Source of the DNA: Octopus bimaculoides
Lineage: Eukaryota
Length of the DNA: 64,000 nucleotides
Assembly: GCF_001194135.2 (NCBI RefSeq)
Contig: NC_068981.1
Location: 194,509,784 to 194,573,783, forward strand
Direction of reading: 5' to 3'
The translations under genes were made by a program, and so were the position numbers. The notes under the pieces are model-generated. The model was not told the origin of the DNA. It saw nothing but the letters and a program-made list of their open reading frames with translations, and made no database searches. Below are positions 1 to 12,990 of the stretch, in pieces; position 1 is the stretch's first letter; each line of letters opens with the position of its first letter.

Positions 1-275
1 TTGTTCAAAATCACAAAGACTTTCCCTGGTGAAAAATGTCCCCCCTCAGCATAGGTTAGTCATTAGTAACCTCAGCCTACAGGATAGAAGGATTTCAAGA
101 AGCAGATCAGTTTGGAAAAGAAAGATCTAGCAGGTTAAGGAACCTCTGAATGGCCAGAGATTTAGAGACCGCTCAAATGAAGCATTTAATGAGAAAGAGG
201 AGGAGTTAGGAGCGTGTAATACAGAGGATAACCGGAAGTTCCTTAAAGAGGGCAACATATTGAAACCACGGTATT
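1..275 (+). mobile_element. RTE-clade LINE fragment (end of APE endonuclease plus linker), inactivated
   Basis: Frame 1 reads KTFPGEKCPPQHRLVISNL...RKI*QVKE, resembling the RTE 'K.IPGE....QHRL' motif; in-frame TAG where a Trp is expected. Confidence 0.7.
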
Positions 276-660
276 AAATTGGAGAGGGAGGTGTTAGTAC
301 CAACCAAGAAGCTGGTGATGATCGTGGTGGTGGTGGTGGTGGTGGTGGTGGTAGTGAAGTTGGTGAGTTGTTAAAGCTACTTACCCCGGTTTGGTTTAAC
401 AGTAGATGAGATTTGGGGAGAGAATAAAACAAGGAGTTGTTTCTTTTACTTGTTTCAGTCATTAGACTGTGGCCATACTGCAGCACTGCCTTTGTGAACT
501 TTAGTCAAATGAATCAACTTCGGTACTTTTTTTTTTTAAATCCTGCTATTTATTCTATATGTCGCTTTTGCCAAATTGCTTAGTAGTTATGGGAACATAA
601 ACAAACCAACACTGGTTGTCAAGTGGTGGTAGTGGACAAATACAGACACAATGACATTGC

Positions 661-710
<50 letters not shown>

Positions 711-1032
711 TCATCATCATTGTTGTTTAATGTCTACTTTCCATGCTGGCATGGGTTGGACAGTTTGACTGAGAATTGGTAAAGCCAGGAGGCTGCACCA
801 GGCCCCAATCTGATTTGGCAAGGTTTCTACAGCTGGATACCCTTCCTAATGCCAACCACTCTGAGAGTGAAGTGGGTGCTTTTACATGCCACTGGCATGG
901 GTGCCAGTCAGGTGGCACTGGCATCAGCCACACTCGAATGGTGTAATCACTATAAACATCTATGTGGTTGTTTGGTTGTTTGGCAAGAAATTGCCATACC
1001 CTCATACATCGTCTAACGACTGGAGAGTCCAT

Positions 1033-1075
<43 letters not shown>

Positions 1076-4000
1076 TCACGTATACACAACTGGCTTCTTT
1101 CAGTTTCTGTCTACCAAATCCACTGACAAGGTTTTGGTCAGCCTGAGGCTATAGTAGAAAACACTTACCCGAGGTGTCACTCAGTGGGACTGAACCCGGA
1201 GCCATGTGGCTGGGAAGCTAACTTCTTACCACACAGCCAGATCTTTTTTGCAGATCTGTTTGTAGATCGTTTTAAGATATTGCTACTGCACTGCTGCATT
1301 ATAACTGTGCAATAGTTGCACAGTTTCACAGTTACACTTGAGCACCATCTTGTATGATCAAACTCTATCTTTGCTTTTAGGTTAATAACTTTAGGCCATA
1401 TCAAAATGGAAATCAATAAACGATCATTTCAGCCTTTCACCCCCATTTCCTCCCCCTCCTCCTCTTTCTCTGTCCCTTTGTCTCTCCACCTCCCTCTCTC
1501 TGTCTCTGTGTGTGTCTCTCTCTCCCTATCATTCTGTCTCTCTCTTTCTTTCTTTCTCTCTCTGACGTCTCTCCTCCTTTTTTTTCATTTATAATCCTAC
1601 TTTAGAGTAGTTTCTTTAAAGAAAATTTAGACTTCTTACAAAAAAAGTCAGGGACATGCTCTGCTTGAAAACTAAATGGTAAAGTCGATGCTGGTAGTAC
1701 AACTAATACTTAATGAAGTGAACCAAGAGAATTTTTAATTAAAATTGTACTTGTATGTAAAGAGAAAGAATAAAGAAAAGAAAGAAAAAATCCTTCGTTC
1801 GTTCAATGATTGATTAATTATTGCTCAGAAAAAGCAAGGGAGACAATCTACAACATTTCAATTAAGTCTGCGACGTAACCTAAAAATAACAGACAATCCA
1901 CAGAATCTCTGATACAATAGCAGACAATCCATAAAGTCTTTGACGTACGATAAAAAAAAACAACAACAACAACAACAACAGCAAACACATTGACAAACAA
2001 ACAAACAAACAAACGATGATATATACAAAGAAATAAAAGTGGAATCAATCTGGAATGTAAAGAAGAGAAAATGGTGAAATGTCTTTGAAAGAAGATTAAA
2101 AACTGTAACAACAGAGAAATGGTAAACATCCAGATAATAGGATGGGATGAATATTTTATTGAATCAATAACCAATCAATAGGTTACTATGATCTGTTTTA
2201 AAGATTAGGTCATAAAACTCGATGCAAAGTGCGTAATTTCATTACAGGCGGTTTTTGTTTGTTTTCATACCAACTTAGAAATTCCTGGTTAATGGTGATG
2301 GTTTTCTTAATCAGGAGTTTGGAAGTGGTGGTGCTGCTGCTGCTGCTGCTGCTGGTGGTGGTGGTAGTGGTGGTGTTGGTGGTGGTGGTGGCTGATCAAG
2401 TTAAGGTGGTAGTAGTGGGGGTGGTTGCAGTGGTACAGGTGGCTGATGGTGGCAGTGGTAGTGGTAGTGACGGTGGTGGAATTTGTAATGGCGGTAGTGT
2501 GTGTGTGGTGTTGATGGTGGTGGTGGTTGTGTGGTAGTAGTGGATGTGGTGTCACTGTGTTGGATGTTTGATGGTATTGGTCTTTGCAGTAAAGTAATCT
2601 GTGGTGTTGATGCTTTGGCTGCATGCTGGCAGCAGTGGTAGTGGTAGTGGTAGTAGTTATAGTGGTAGGAGCTGTGTGACAGTAGAAATAGTGGTTGTTG
2701 TTGTTGATGATGATGATGATGATGATGTGCTGCCCATCAACAATTGATAATTGGTTATGGAATTGGAGAACCTGCAACGTTGGTTATAAATATTTAAAAC
2801 TGGTGAGACGATGGTCAGGGAGTGGAGATAAAGGTCAAAGGTGACAGTGTATTTCGGCTGGACACTACCTTGCAGAACCAAGGACATAGGAAGCAGGACA
2901 TCAGTAATACACCTCATGCCTCCCTAAAATAACTGCACAGACATATTGTGTTGTAAAAATATGTTTAAAACTCTGACAGGTGAGGAGTGGAAACAGGTGT
3001 TAATTGAACTTGAGAAGAATTTAATGTGATTTTTGTTATTGAGTGATGGCACATGGCCTATTTCTAAGGGCGTTGCACTGACAACCACAAGATTGTGGTT
3101 TCAATTCCTGGACTGGGTGGTGCATTGTGTTCTTGAGCAAAATGCTTCATTCCACTTGCTCCTGTTCACTCAGCTGTACAAGGGTTATTCTGTGAGGGGC
3201 TGGTGTCCAGTTAGGGTAAATGTTGTGATCTTGGTCGCTTATATGCTATGGAAACTGGGTTTGCAACCCCATGAGTCTCAGGAATCAAGACAGTACTTAG
3301 GATCGTTAATGGTTTCAAATTTCGGCACAAGGCCAGCAATTTCGGGGAAAGGTTAAGTCGATTACTTCAACCCAGTGTACAACTGGTACTTATTTTATCG
3401 ACCCTGAAACGATGAAAAGCAATGTCAACCTTAACAGAGTTTGAACTCAGAAGGTAAAGGCAGGCAAAATTTTTCCAGGTGTGCTAACAGCATTTTGCCA
3501 GGTGTGCTAACAGTTCTGCTATCTCACCACCGTACTTATTATCATTATTGAATATAAAATGTCATTGACCAGTTGTTGTGGTGGTGGTGCTGGTGGTTGT
3601 GGTTTGATCTCCAGAGCAGCTCTGATCAAGCAGATATACTATCATAAAGGTATTCCAGCCATGATCGTCCTGTTGTATCATTTTTTTTGTGGAATCCTAT
3701 ATTTTGGACAAGATTATTCAGTGAGTCCTTTATTAAAATTGTGTGATTTGAGGAAGATTTGACCTCTATATCAGGTCAAACAACCATAGACCAGCTCCCT
3801 TGTTGGCATGTTTTGTTTTCAGGACAGTGAATTTTGATATTCCAGTGGGTGGGGGCTGCTTTTTTTTTATCCTTCAAAGGAGGAGGATTTTTTTGGAAAC
3901 CCCAAACTCCAGCTGTCTGCATCAGAACAAAAACACGCATGCAACCACTCACCCGCCCACTCACCCATTCACCCACCCACCCACTCACTCACTCACTAAC

Positions 4001-4509
4001 TCACTCTCATTAACTCACTCACTTACTCTCTTCCTATCCGCTGTTTTTCTTTTTTTGATGATGGTTTCAGGTTCAATCCCTCTGTGCAGCACCTTGTCCA
4101 ATTGTCTCCTACTCTAACCCTGGGCTAACCAACACCTTGTGAGTGAATTGCATGAATGAAAACTATGTAGAAGCCCATAGTGCATATGTGTGTGTCTCCT
4201 TGTCCTGGCATTGCATGACAGTTGTAAATGAGTGTCACTGTCATACAAGCAGTGTCGTTCACTTCCCATATTCTGTCAAAATTATTGCCTTACTCAGAAA
4301 CAGGTGAGGGTTGGTGACAGGAAGGGCATCCACCTGTAGAAAATATGCTGCAATAAACTTCATCTGATTTATGCAAGTAAGAAAAAGTGGATGCCAAAAC
4401 AATATTGATGGCAAATGATGATGATATCTATCCATTCTACTCAACATGTTCATTTGTATATCGGATAATGTTTACATTATGTAAAATATTTTACAAGTTT
4501 TACATTGTG

Positions 4510-4541
<32 letters not shown>

Positions 4542-5359
4542 CCACCCACACACTTGTACACGTTTCACCCTATGGCAGAGTGTGTTTCTATTAATTCTGA
4601 TTATTTCAGTGGACTTTGGTCTTCATAGAAAATATTTCTTCAATAAACTCACTCTCACATTTGCTCGTGTTCCATTCGATACTGGTTTTACCAAAGCTTG
4701 AGGAACAAAAAACAAAGTTGTGCTTGGTGGAAAAATCTGAACTCAAAAATGGATCGGAACACAATTAAATTCTTTAAGGTATCTACCATTATTACTTCCC
4801 ATTTCTGCTAACTTTGCTATCAAAAATCAAAATAACTTCTCAATCTCCATCTGTTAGGTAATGTTGTTGTTGTTGTTGTTGTTGTTGCTACTGCTGTTTA
4901 ACTCCAGGTCATCTTTGATTGAGCCAACTTATGGTTAAAGACATTATAGCTGTGAGCATTCTGTTTGATTGTGTCTGATGTGTCCTTCCTGTATTTAAGA
5001 CATTAACACATGATTTGGGGGAGATTTGGTTAGTATTTTTAGCAGGTCAAGTGACTGTGTAGAGGCTCATTTGTCAACTTGTGTTGTTGTTTAGCTCTAG
5101 GTTAGACATTATTGAGCAAACTTGATTAAAGGTGCTCCAGCTGAGGCCATCCCATCTTCTTTTTCCTATCATTGTATGTTTGTTTCCTTATGAAGACAGT
5201 AGAGTATAATTTGAGGGAGATTTGGCTACTGTTTCTAGTAGTCAAACAATCACATAAAGCTTCTATCCATGTCTCATGTAATGTCTAAATGATGGTAAAA
5301 TCTGACAATGGTAACCCTTTTGATGCCGATCCATCTTTGGTCAAGGATGGATGTATTGT

Positions 5360-5404
5360 TTTGTGCTGATGAAGGGAAATAACCTGGAAATTGCGATACA
5401 CAGA
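5360..5404 (+). ncRNA. Minimal type-I hammerhead-like motif, family P2 (degenerate)
   Basis: TTTGTG-CTGATGA-AGG-GAAATAA-CCT-G-GAAA-TTGCGAT-A-CACAGA: 6-bp helix I, intact CUGAUGA and GAAA, near-palindromic helix III (ATTGCGAT), one extra G before GAAA. Confidence 0.55.
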
Positions 5405-5570
5405 TATTGTTTTGAGCTGAGTGGGGGTGCTAGATTCCCTTGTTCAAAAAATATAAGGACACAGATCATTTCATATAGCCAGCTGGAGACAATGTCTCCT
5501 GGGGCTAAATTACAGCAACATTCGTCCTAAACCAGGACTGCTATGTTATGTTAACAAATAATCTTTACTC
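5360..5570 (+). mobile_element. Copy of repeat family P2 (hammerhead-like motif plus body shared with 19411-19596 and 26883-27075)
   Basis: Shares 'gagtgggggtgctagattcc...aaaaatataaggacacagatc...ctggggctaaattacagcaacattcgtcctaaaccaggactg' with the other copies. Confidence 0.6.
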
Positions 5571-6420
5571 TAAATTTAATGTATTTCAACAGAAATATGG
5601 TAACAAAAGGGTTAATTCAAGACTTGTCACCTGTTTCTTATGGTCGGGGTTTAATCTGTTTTCCCCAAAATAGCTTACGTAATATTAATAGAAATCTATA
5701 TTTATAATGATTTTTTAAAAAATCGTTTATTGGAAATATAAATTTTTCATGGAGAGTTTTTAAAAAAAATCTTTTCATCAATATTCCAATATAGAATTTT
5801 TGTTGTTTATTCAGTTATTTAAAAAAGAAAAAGAAGAAAAATGTTTTCAATTTAGAATCAAAAATCAAATTTTAAGGTTGTAACATCTTGTCCTCCATTA
5901 ATTCTTTCTGTTTCCTCCTCTCCATCTTCCTCACTATAGTGGAACAGAATAGACCAATGGTTCTCAATCATTTCTTGCTTGTGGAGATATTCTGTGCTTG
6001 AGAAGACCCGGCAAGCCAAGCGAGACCGTAACTGGAGCCTATGCCAGTGCAGTATACCCAGCCCATTTAAGAGTACTCTTCAATCATTGGGCAATAAACT
6101 GTGTTTGAGAAGACCTGTTGAGGCAAGTGAAATCATTGTTGCGGATGATGATAGTACCGCCTAATTGGCACCCGTGCTGGTGGCATGTAAAAAGCACCAT
6201 TCGAGCATGGTTGATGCCAGTACCAGCTGACTGGTCCTGTGCCAAAAGCACCCACTACACTCTTGGAGTGGTTGGCGTTAGGAAGGGCATCCAGTTGTAG
6301 AAACTCTGCCAAATCAGATTGGAGCCTGGTGCAGCCATCTGGTTTCACCAGTCCTCAGTCAAATCGTCCAACCCATGCTAGCATGGAAAGCGGACGTTAA
6401 ACGACGATGATGATGATGAT

Positions 6421-6536
6421 TCAGGTCACTGCCTGGAATTTAACTCAGAATCTTGGGGTTAGTAGCCCGCACTCTTAACTGCTATGCCATATGTCTGTGA
6501 GCATATCCGTCAAATGTAAATAATGTAAATAAAGTG
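6421..6536 (-). mobile_element. Truncated copy of Penelope-like family P1: tRNA-like cassette joined to an inverted piece of the P1 tail
   Basis: 6421-6502 is the reverse complement of about 54615-54697; 6503-6532 (atatccgtcaaatgtaaataatgtaaataa) matches the P1 tail near 54837-54867 in the opposite orientation. Confidence 0.7.
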
Positions 6537-6540
6537 TGCC

Positions 6541-6920
6541 CCAGTGTACCAGTAATTTGCTGTACGAACCGAGACTCATGCAAATTTTTGTTTTGAAGTA
6601 CAAGCGGAAATCCACAGTTCGAGCTCACAAATCGTCCCATCTTTAAAGTAATTCAGTTAATAAAACCAGTTTACATATTTCTTTTGCATTCTCTTTTTTT
6701 TTTACAATTGTCATTTTACTTGTGTAACTACACCTTTTCTGTTTTAAAACTCATAAAAATTTATTTTTGTGTGATGTTTTGTGGGGGGCCTGGAATGGAT
6801 TAATTATATTTCAGCTAATTTCAAAGGGGAAAATTGATTTGTAAAACGAACAAACCGTGAGACGAGCTCGGCCATGGAACGAATGAAACTCGTACTGCAG
6901 TGCTGCGAGGTATCACTGTA
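6541..6920. mobile_element. pogo/Tigger-like non-autonomous DNA element (degenerate)
   Basis: Right end '...aaactcgta...cgaggtatcactgta' resembles a Tigger-type TIR plus TA; a similar end occurs at about 14745-14798. Confidence 0.4.
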
Positions 6921-7189
6921 TTATATTAAAGACATACATTATGTTCTCATCATTTCTGTCACTGTCTCTCTCTAAATGCTTTCCTCTTTCTTCTTCTCTC
7001 TGTGTGTGCCTGTTGTTAATTAGGTTAGTCTCCTCCACAACACCATAGGGTGAAAAGTTTAATCTATACGTTAATATCTCCACCACCCTGGCTTAATCTG
7101 TTATGGGTAACGGATTAAAATGTTTGTCAAGGTGAGAACTAAAAGCTAGACAGTTCACTCTGTCAATGTGTGTGTTTTATTATTATTAC

Positions 7190-7220
<31 letters not shown>

Positions 7221-7600
7221 GTTATTATTATTAATATTGTTATTTCTTAATCTAGTCACTCTTGTCATTAAATCTTCTTCTTAATAAACAGATTACATAG
7301 ATATATTCTGAAAAACAAAAACAATTACCATTCACAGTTTTATCTGACACGATACCACCATTACCTTCAGTGCATTTGTACTGGGAGTGTGGAGGGGTGG
7401 GGATGGATATGTCTAATTCCATAATAAACTAGCTCTGGTAACTGGATGTGGAGGGCAAAGAGCAGAGACATTTAATTCTGTGATTTTATGAACCTCGTTG
7501 TAATAATATACATCATTTAGTTCACATCCTACTTTTCATGTACATTGAATATTTCAGTTTGAACATGAATGATCGTGTGGTTGCTTACAGATTGCCAACA

Positions 7601-7692
7601 GACCAATCGCTGGTCAGCATTATTTCTCATGACCCAATCGCTGGTCGACACTATTTCCTGTGGACCAATCACTGGTCAGCATAAAGTCCAAT
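7601..7692 (+). promoter_or_regulatory. Three 31-bp tandem units each containing CCAAT, plus a fourth CCAAT
   Basis: CCAAT at 7603, 7634, 7665 (exact 31-bp spacing, context gaCCAATcgctggtc) and at 7688. Confidence 0.35.
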
Positions 7693-8917
7693 GGCAAGAG
7701 TGAGAATGGTGTCTTTGTAACTTGGACAGAATAAATGCATCTTTTTTTTTCCTTTTTCTTTCTTTTTCTTTTTTTTTTGTATCCCAAACAAGGCTGGAGG
7801 CAATTATAGTGTAAGGGACCACAAAGAAGGAAAAGAAGGGGGCCTACAATTTCCGAAGATGTCAATAGACAGAAAGCTTAAAAGACTGAATATCACAGAC
7901 CAGAGGAAAACAAAAAGATGACCATGGGTTGTAGAGAGCAGCAGTTTGAAGAAAGATGCTGTTAGAATAAAAGGACTTTTGACTATGTTTAAAGGTGTTG
8001 GGAGAGGGTAGCAGACCAAAAATGTTCATCAGAGCAATGGACCTGGAAATATTTACAGATGCAATGGAGATAAATTTCGACAACAAAAGACTGAAACCAA
8101 TTAGAAAGGACTGGACTCACCATTGTTAACTTGATTATGAATTTGATGAAACAAATAAAGGCACTTAAAGAAGGCACCAGCCCAAAGATGGTGGCAACAT
8201 GTAATGTATGGCCAAGCAGTGGCCTTATAGAGATACAATTTACTTTCAAGTGCAAGAAATTTGTGAGCACAGTTGTAAGATTCTACCTTCTTGGAACAAA
8301 TATGTTCAGTCCAATGCCATATTGTCTGCCAAGAGAAATTCTTCGTCAAAGATAAGACAAGGAGTTGGCTTCAAACTAACACTCCAATTTCCCACCAATA
8401 TCTTGACACTTAAGAACCTTAAGAACCTTTTGTTAGGTTCCAGCTGCCAAATTAACGATAGCAGTTATTTTATTAAATCTCTCTAAATCTTTGATTATTT
8501 TCAAAAATATTTTAAGCCTACAAATTATTTTTCATTAACACCATGGTTACCAAAGGGTTAAGAATGGTAATCTGTATTTTACTTTGGATCTATCTATGCT
8601 TGATATCTTATCTAAAATGTCATGTTGTACATTGAACTTAACATAGGCAAGAATTTTGGGTCTATTGTTTCATAATTATAGTATCCTCACTTCCACCACT
8701 TGGAACCCAACAAAACAGCTTCAGATTTGGACACAAGTGTTTATTTCTTCATATTTATTAATCATAAAGTATTAAGATTAACTGCATTGTTTCAGATTAT
8801 CCCAGATTGTCTTGGTTTTGTTAAATTGCCTCTGATAAACCTAAATTTTCTTTGATTATCTCAGGTTGTCTCAAACTCTTCTAGATTGTCTCAGATTAAA
8901 AAGTTTGTCTTGGATTA

Positions 8918-9590
8918 TCAAAGAAGTACAAATCTCTTATCACCTTCAGAGTAGGATCCTCTGACTTCAATGGACTTATTGCAATATTCCACCCACTTTG
9001 TGAAGGCCCCGTGGAAGTCTTGGACACCTAGGATCCTTGTCACAGCCTCTGTCATATTCTCTTTCAGCTTTGGGAACAACATAACATGGAATTGGGAATT
9101 GGTGAATTGTCCTGGTGCAGAGGCTCTGGCCTTTTGCAACAAAATCTCTTCCTGAACTCTCTCAAAATCTCCACAAAGTACTCTTTGTTAATCATCAGGC
9201 CAGAGGGAACCCAGTAGATATAGGTGGTGCCCTTTCTTTAGAAAATGGGGATCGTCATGAGCTTCCTGGTGGACCTGCTTTGCTTGGACTCTTGTGCCAG
9301 TGGAAAACAGATACTTGGTTCATACAAGTTAATCCATAAGACATCTGGGGCATTTCATAAATTCCTGTAGCATTTTCCCTCAGATTAACACAAAACCTTA
9401 TTGCATGGTGAGCTTCTAAATTGTCTTTAGGCCCCAATTGCGCTCCGCAAACTAGTCAGCTGTGGTAAGTAGTTTTTAGTAGGGTGTGTTCAAAGTACTG
9501 TTACAGACGTTTCCTTCAATTTAGAATCACAGAAGTTGGCAGGTCAGCTTATTAGATGTATGGTAACAATATACTAAAATTACGATAATC
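8918..9590 (-). mobile_element. Internally deleted mariner transposon
   Basis: Minus-strand peptides AIRFCVNLRENATGIYEMPQMSYG..MNQVSVFHWHK (N-terminal HTH) and LFPKLKE...FHGAFTKWVEYCNKSIEVRGSYSEG (C-terminus); DD34D core absent. Confidence 0.85.
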
Positions 9591-9782
9591 TAGTTATAAC
9601 TGCTTCTCTCCTAAAAAAAAAAGTTCTTGAAACTCCTGGAATGAACCATGTACACATGTGTTCACACCCATGTGTATTTCCCACACATATCTAAGTATCT
9701 CTTTCTCTGTCTATCTCTCTCTATTTCCCTCTATCTATATATATTCTGTCTGTCTGTTTGTCTCTATATATCAGTATATTAG

Positions 9783-10010
9783 GGTGGGGAGCTGGCAGAA
9801 ACGTTAGCACGGCGGGCGAAATGCTTAGCGGTATTTCATCTGCCGTTACGTTCTGAGTTCAAATTCCGCCAAGCTCAACTTTGCCTTTCATCCTTTCGGG
9901 GGCAATTAAATAAGTACCAGTTACACACTGAGGTTGATGTAATCGACTTAATCCCTTTGTCTGTCTTTGTTTGTCCCCTCTATGTTTAGCCCCTTGTGGG
10001 CAATAAAGAA
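9783..10010 (+). mobile_element. tRNA-derived SINE, family A (representative; many partial copies on both strands)
   Basis: gagctggcagaaacgttagc...gagttcaaattccgcc...cctttcatcctttcgggg...aataaagaaat; closely similar to 36046-36274. Confidence 0.85.
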
Positions 10011-11577
10011 ATATATATATCAGTGTGTCTTTCTCTTTCTATACCTCTCTTTATATACTCTCTCTCCCCCCTCTCTCTATCCATACACACACACATTTCT
10101 CTCTCTCAATCTATCTCTGTCTTGTTCTCTTTTTCTGTGCACACACACACACACACAAGTACACCTAATAAAATGTGTTCGTTAAAATGACAGTAATTAT
10201 CTCAATATTTACTCCCCTCTTCTACCTCCAACAGCTACCAATACCCCAATGCCGAAATAACAGAAAAATTAATATTCTAAAAGCAATCAGTCTCTTATTT
10301 CTTTAATTGAATCACTCTCTGCAATAAATAATTAAGTTTGTCTTCTCTTTTCAGTCATTAGTCAATCATTCCTGCCAATTAGTTTCATTTTTCTTTTGTC
10401 TTGGAAGCAATTTTGTTGTTTAGTTTCAGATCAACAGTGATCGTACGTACCTATAATCGAAGACATTCCAGCTGTGACCATCCTGTTTATTTTTTTTGTT
10501 TTTGTTTTATCTCTTATTACATTGTCATAAATAAACTAAAAATATAGCAGAAGACACTTGCCCAGTTGCTGCCTAGTGGGACTGAACCTGAGACTCCCCT
10601 GGTTGAAAAGCAAGCTTCTTAACCACACAGCCATAATTGTCTTCTTTATTTCCCTTTTTAAGATGGTAGGTTTTGTGATATGAAGGGAAGAATTGAGGAA
10701 AGTGTTGACCTACAAAGGATCTACTCAGTTTCTGCAAACAGAAAAATCAATGTAAAAATGATGATGGTAGTTGTGATTGAGGTTGAGGTGTATAATATTT
10801 AAATTTAGGTCTCTGTTGCCCATTTTGTATATATATGCTGTACTTGAGAAGGCCCAGCAAGCCAAGTGAGATTGTAGCCGTGGCCGATGCCAGTGTCATA
10901 TAACTGGCCCATTTAAAAGTACCCTTCAATCATCGGGCTATATGCCGAAGTTGTGAAGACCTGTTGAACCAAGTGAAATTGTAGTCATGGCCGATGCTGG
11001 TGTCACCTGACTGGCACCCATGCCAGTGGCATGTAAAAAGCACCATTTGAGCATGACTAATGTCAGTGCTGCCTGACTGGTACCTGTGCTGGTGGCACAT
11101 AAAAAACAACATTCTAGTGTGGTCATTGCCAGTGCCACCCGACTGGCTCCTGTGTCTGTGGCATGTAAAAACCACCCCCTACACTCTTGAAGTGGTTGGC
11201 TTTAGGAAGGGCATCCAGCTGTAGAAACATTGCCAGATCGGATTGGAGTCTGGTGCAGCCTCCTGGCTTGCCAGTCCTCAGTTAAACCGTCCGACCCATG
11301 CCAGCATGGAAAGTGGACGTTAAACGATGATGATTAATGTTTTTAATAACAAACCACCTGAGTCCACCCCTACCCCCAGCTTTATAATGCAAATTTCTTG
11401 TTCTAAATTAAAATTGTGTTCCATCAAAATTTGTTCGTTTGTGTTCCAAACACCAGCTTAATAACGACAGAGTTATTTTATTAAAGTCTTCGTTATCTTC
11501 AAAATTAATTAATATAAAGGCAACAGAACCACGGTGACAAAATAGTTAAAATGTTGTTATATTCCTCTTACAGAGAC

Positions 11578-11736
11578 ATGACAGTCACATGTAACCAGCT
11601 GGTGCAGGAATTCATGTCTGGAATTCTTCGGATTACCAATGATGCTAATGAAGATGATGTGGAAGAATTACAGAATTACCTCCTCAAAGGTCAAGGGGTC
11701 TATTTGCTAAAGGTCATTCACAAAATTGGAGTAAAG
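11578..11736 (+). CDS. LYST: LYST coding exon 1 (ATG; exon begins 11574)
   Basis: ttacag|agacATG; MTVTCNQLVQEFMSG...LQNYLLKGQGVYLLKVIHKIGVK|gtaagc resembles the human N-terminus (MSTDSNSLAREFL...LGQYLVHGRGFLLL); 159 nt, phase 0. Confidence 0.85.
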
Positions 11737-12195
11737 GTAAGCTGTTTTTAATTTGTTTCATTTGTTCCATGTAAAAAGCAAAAGTGATGATGTCACATAA
11801 AAAGCATCCAATACAGAGCGGGGCCATAGCTGAAAGGAGGGGGTGGTTGAAGTTTGAAAAAAGGGGCCAGAACGACAGGTTTCTTACTGTAGGAGAGCTA
11901 CATGGTTATGCATGTTACAGAAGGGAGGGTAGGAGTGGCCAGGGTGGACCACCAGGGTTGGGAACCACTGCTCTATGCCATTAACCTCGCAAGTGGCACA
12001 AAGCCACACCCCTCAATACTATTTCTCCCACCTTCCCAATCGAGTGGTTCTTGTCTTACAAGGTACTTGGTGATCCTGCTGGTGCCACATAAAAAGCACT
12101 GGTGCTGGTGCCATGTAAAAAGTACTCTGTAGATTTGGTAAAGTAGTTGACATTAAGAAGGGCTTCCAGTTGTAAAGACCATGCTAAAACAGACT

Positions 12196-12990
12196 GGAAC
12201 CTGGTACAGCTCCCGGCCTTGCCATCTCCCGGCCTTGCCATCTCCCGGCCTTGCCATCTCCCGGCCTTGGCATCTCCCGGCCTTGCCAGCTNNNNNNNNN
12301 NNNNNNNNNNNNNNNNNNNNNNNNNNNNNNNNNNNNNNNNNNNNNNNNNNNNNNNNNNNNNNNNNNNNNNNNNNNNNNNNNNNNNNNNNNNNNNNNNNNN
12401 NNNNNNNNNNNNNNNNNNNNNNNNNNNNNNNNNNNNNNNNNNNNNNNNNNNNNNNNNNNNNNNNNNNNNNNNNNNNNNNNNNNNNNNNNNNNNNNNNNNN
12501 NNNNNNNNNNNNNNNNNNNNNNNNNNNNNNNNNNNNNNNNNNNNNNNNNNNNNNNNNNNNNNNNNNNNNNNNNNNNNNNNNNNNNNNNNNNNNNNNNNNN
12601 NNNNNNNNNNNNNNNNNNNNNNNNNNNNNNNNNNNNNNNNNNNNNNNNNNNNNNNNNNNNNNNNNNNNNNNNNNNNNNNNNNNNNNNNNNNNNNNNNNNN
12701 NNNNNNNNNNNNNNNNNNNNNNNNNNNNNNNNNNNNNNNNNNNNNNNNNNNNNNNNNNNNNNNNNNNNNNNNNNNNNNNNNNNNNNNNNNNNNNNNNNNN
12801 NNNNNNNNNNNNNNNNNNNNNNNNNNNNNNNNNNNNNNNNNNNNNNNNNNNNNNNNNNNNNNNNNNNNNNNNNNNNNNNNNNNNNNNNNNNNNNNNNNNN
12901 NNNNNNNNNNGGAACCTGGTACAGCTCCCGGCCTTGCCATCTCCCGGCCTTGCCATCTCCCGGCCTTGCCAGCTCCCGGCCTTGCCAGCT
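12196..12990. repeat. 16-bp minisatellite (CCTTGCCATCTCCCGG) inside an RTE 3' tail, spanning an N gap
   Basis: About 5 units left and 4 units right of the gap, both preceded by identical ggaacctggtacagctccc. Confidence 0.85.

Noticed and set aside
2229-2917. His/Gln/Thr/Val-rich ORFs
   Set aside because: Trinucleotide microsatellite translations; likewise the YI/HT/SL/ER-rich ORFs at 13846-14550, 17425-18117, 20528-20922, 26467-26961 and 40699-41482.
7790-8460. Possible decayed coding sequence (KEGGLQFP motif, several 70-90 aa ORFs)
   Set aside because: Might be an old non-LTR remnant, but stops occur in all frames and there are too few motifs to assign.
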